A stretch of 63,476 nucleotides of DNA, filler included, from Octopus bimaculoides (Eukaryota): the NCBI RefSeq assembly GCF_001194135.2. It is 7 parts of 7 records of this genome, joined end to end, with 100 filler letters (N's around TTAATTAATTAA, not from the genome) between each part and the next. Parts side by side here need not be neighbours in the genome. Positions count along the whole stretch, not along the records: positions 61,810 to 63,476 come from NC_068982.1; 6 more parts are not named here. One strand, 5' to 3'. The notes beneath the pieces are model-generated. The model ran no database searches, had not been told where the DNA came from, and worked only from the letters and a program-made list of their open reading frames with translations. Both the position numbers and the translations under genes were made by a program. Below, one piece after another: positions 62,781 through 63,476 of this stretch; positions within the stretch are counted from its first letter, which is position 1; the number at the start of each line of letters is the position of its first letter.

Positions 62781-62975
62781 TATACACAGGGTTATTCAAA
62801 ATGAATGAACCAATTTCATTACGCAATATTTTTTAATAAGGAAAAGCAATAGAAAACTCCAGCTAAGTCCCAAGTATTTGCTCACAACTTTTATTTCCTT
62901 TCTTACAAGTGTTCAATGTGGCCAACACTTGCAGCACGGGCAACATCATTGCGATTAGAGTATTCCTCCCAGACA
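62781..62975. mobile_element. Possible Tc1/mariner terminal remnant
   Basis: tatacacagggttattcaaaatga resembles Tc1/mariner TIRs (TA-CAGGGTG.TTCA). No ORF. Confidence 0.4.
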
Positions 62976-62977
62976 CG

Positions 62978-63028
<51 letters not shown>

Positions 63029-63399
63029 ACATATATGTTTATTTGTATTTATGCATGTATATATTTAATAACATTACCCGACGTGGCCAAGGTTCCCTAA
63101 AAAACATCATAAAAATTAACATACCCTATACAGGACGCATTTTAAACACAAGTAACTAAGACTGGAACAAGCATATCTATTGAAAATAAATTACAAATAA
63201 AATGTGTCACACCATTATGAGACACCTTATACATACATAATTATATACGTATGCACATACATTTGTACATACATAAATCCAATATTAACAGTCTTAGTTA
63301 CTTGTGTTTACAATATGTCTTGTATTGAGTATGTTAATTTTTATGATGTTTTTTAGAAACCTTAGTCAAGTCGGGTAATGTTATTAACATATGCATACG

Positions 63400-63422
63400 T
63401 ACGTACACACACACACACACAC

Positions 63423-63476
<54 letters not shown>
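63400..63476. repeat. (CA)n microsatellite
   Basis: Seen directly. Numerous other (TA)n, (CA)n and (GA)n tracts occur throughout, often bordering gaps. Confidence 0.97.

Overview
This is repeat-dense, AT-rich eukaryotic DNA. The SINE families and microsatellite load suggest an octopus genome; that assignment is pattern recognition, not a database result. Six identical 100-bp synthetic linkers (44 N + TTAATTAATTAA + 44 N) split the window into seven segments whose adjacency is not established. Most long ORFs in the supplied track are artefacts of N runs or microsatellites. The only host gene I can support is a trypsin/chymotrypsin-family (S1A) serine protease on the minus strand, seen as two frame-compatible exons (52357-52198 and 44804-44677) separated by a 7.4-kb intron filled with transposons. 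The rest is mobile DNA: about ten R4/Dong-like REL-endonuclease LINE fragments next to (AAT)n tracts, three Tx1/L1-clade fragments, an RTE fragment, Penelope GIY-YIG remnants with minimal hammerhead-ribozyme motifs, at least four tRNA-derived SINE families, mariner, Chapaev-like and Helitron remnants, three MITE-like elements and a truncated tRNA-Asp copy. The best leads are a candidate SINE/Tx1-LINE pair with similar 3' ends and shared (ATT)n polarity opposite to Dong, the head-to-head hammerhead palindrome, and the protease with an atypical Gln-Ile activation junction. Boundaries of degraded repeats are approximate.
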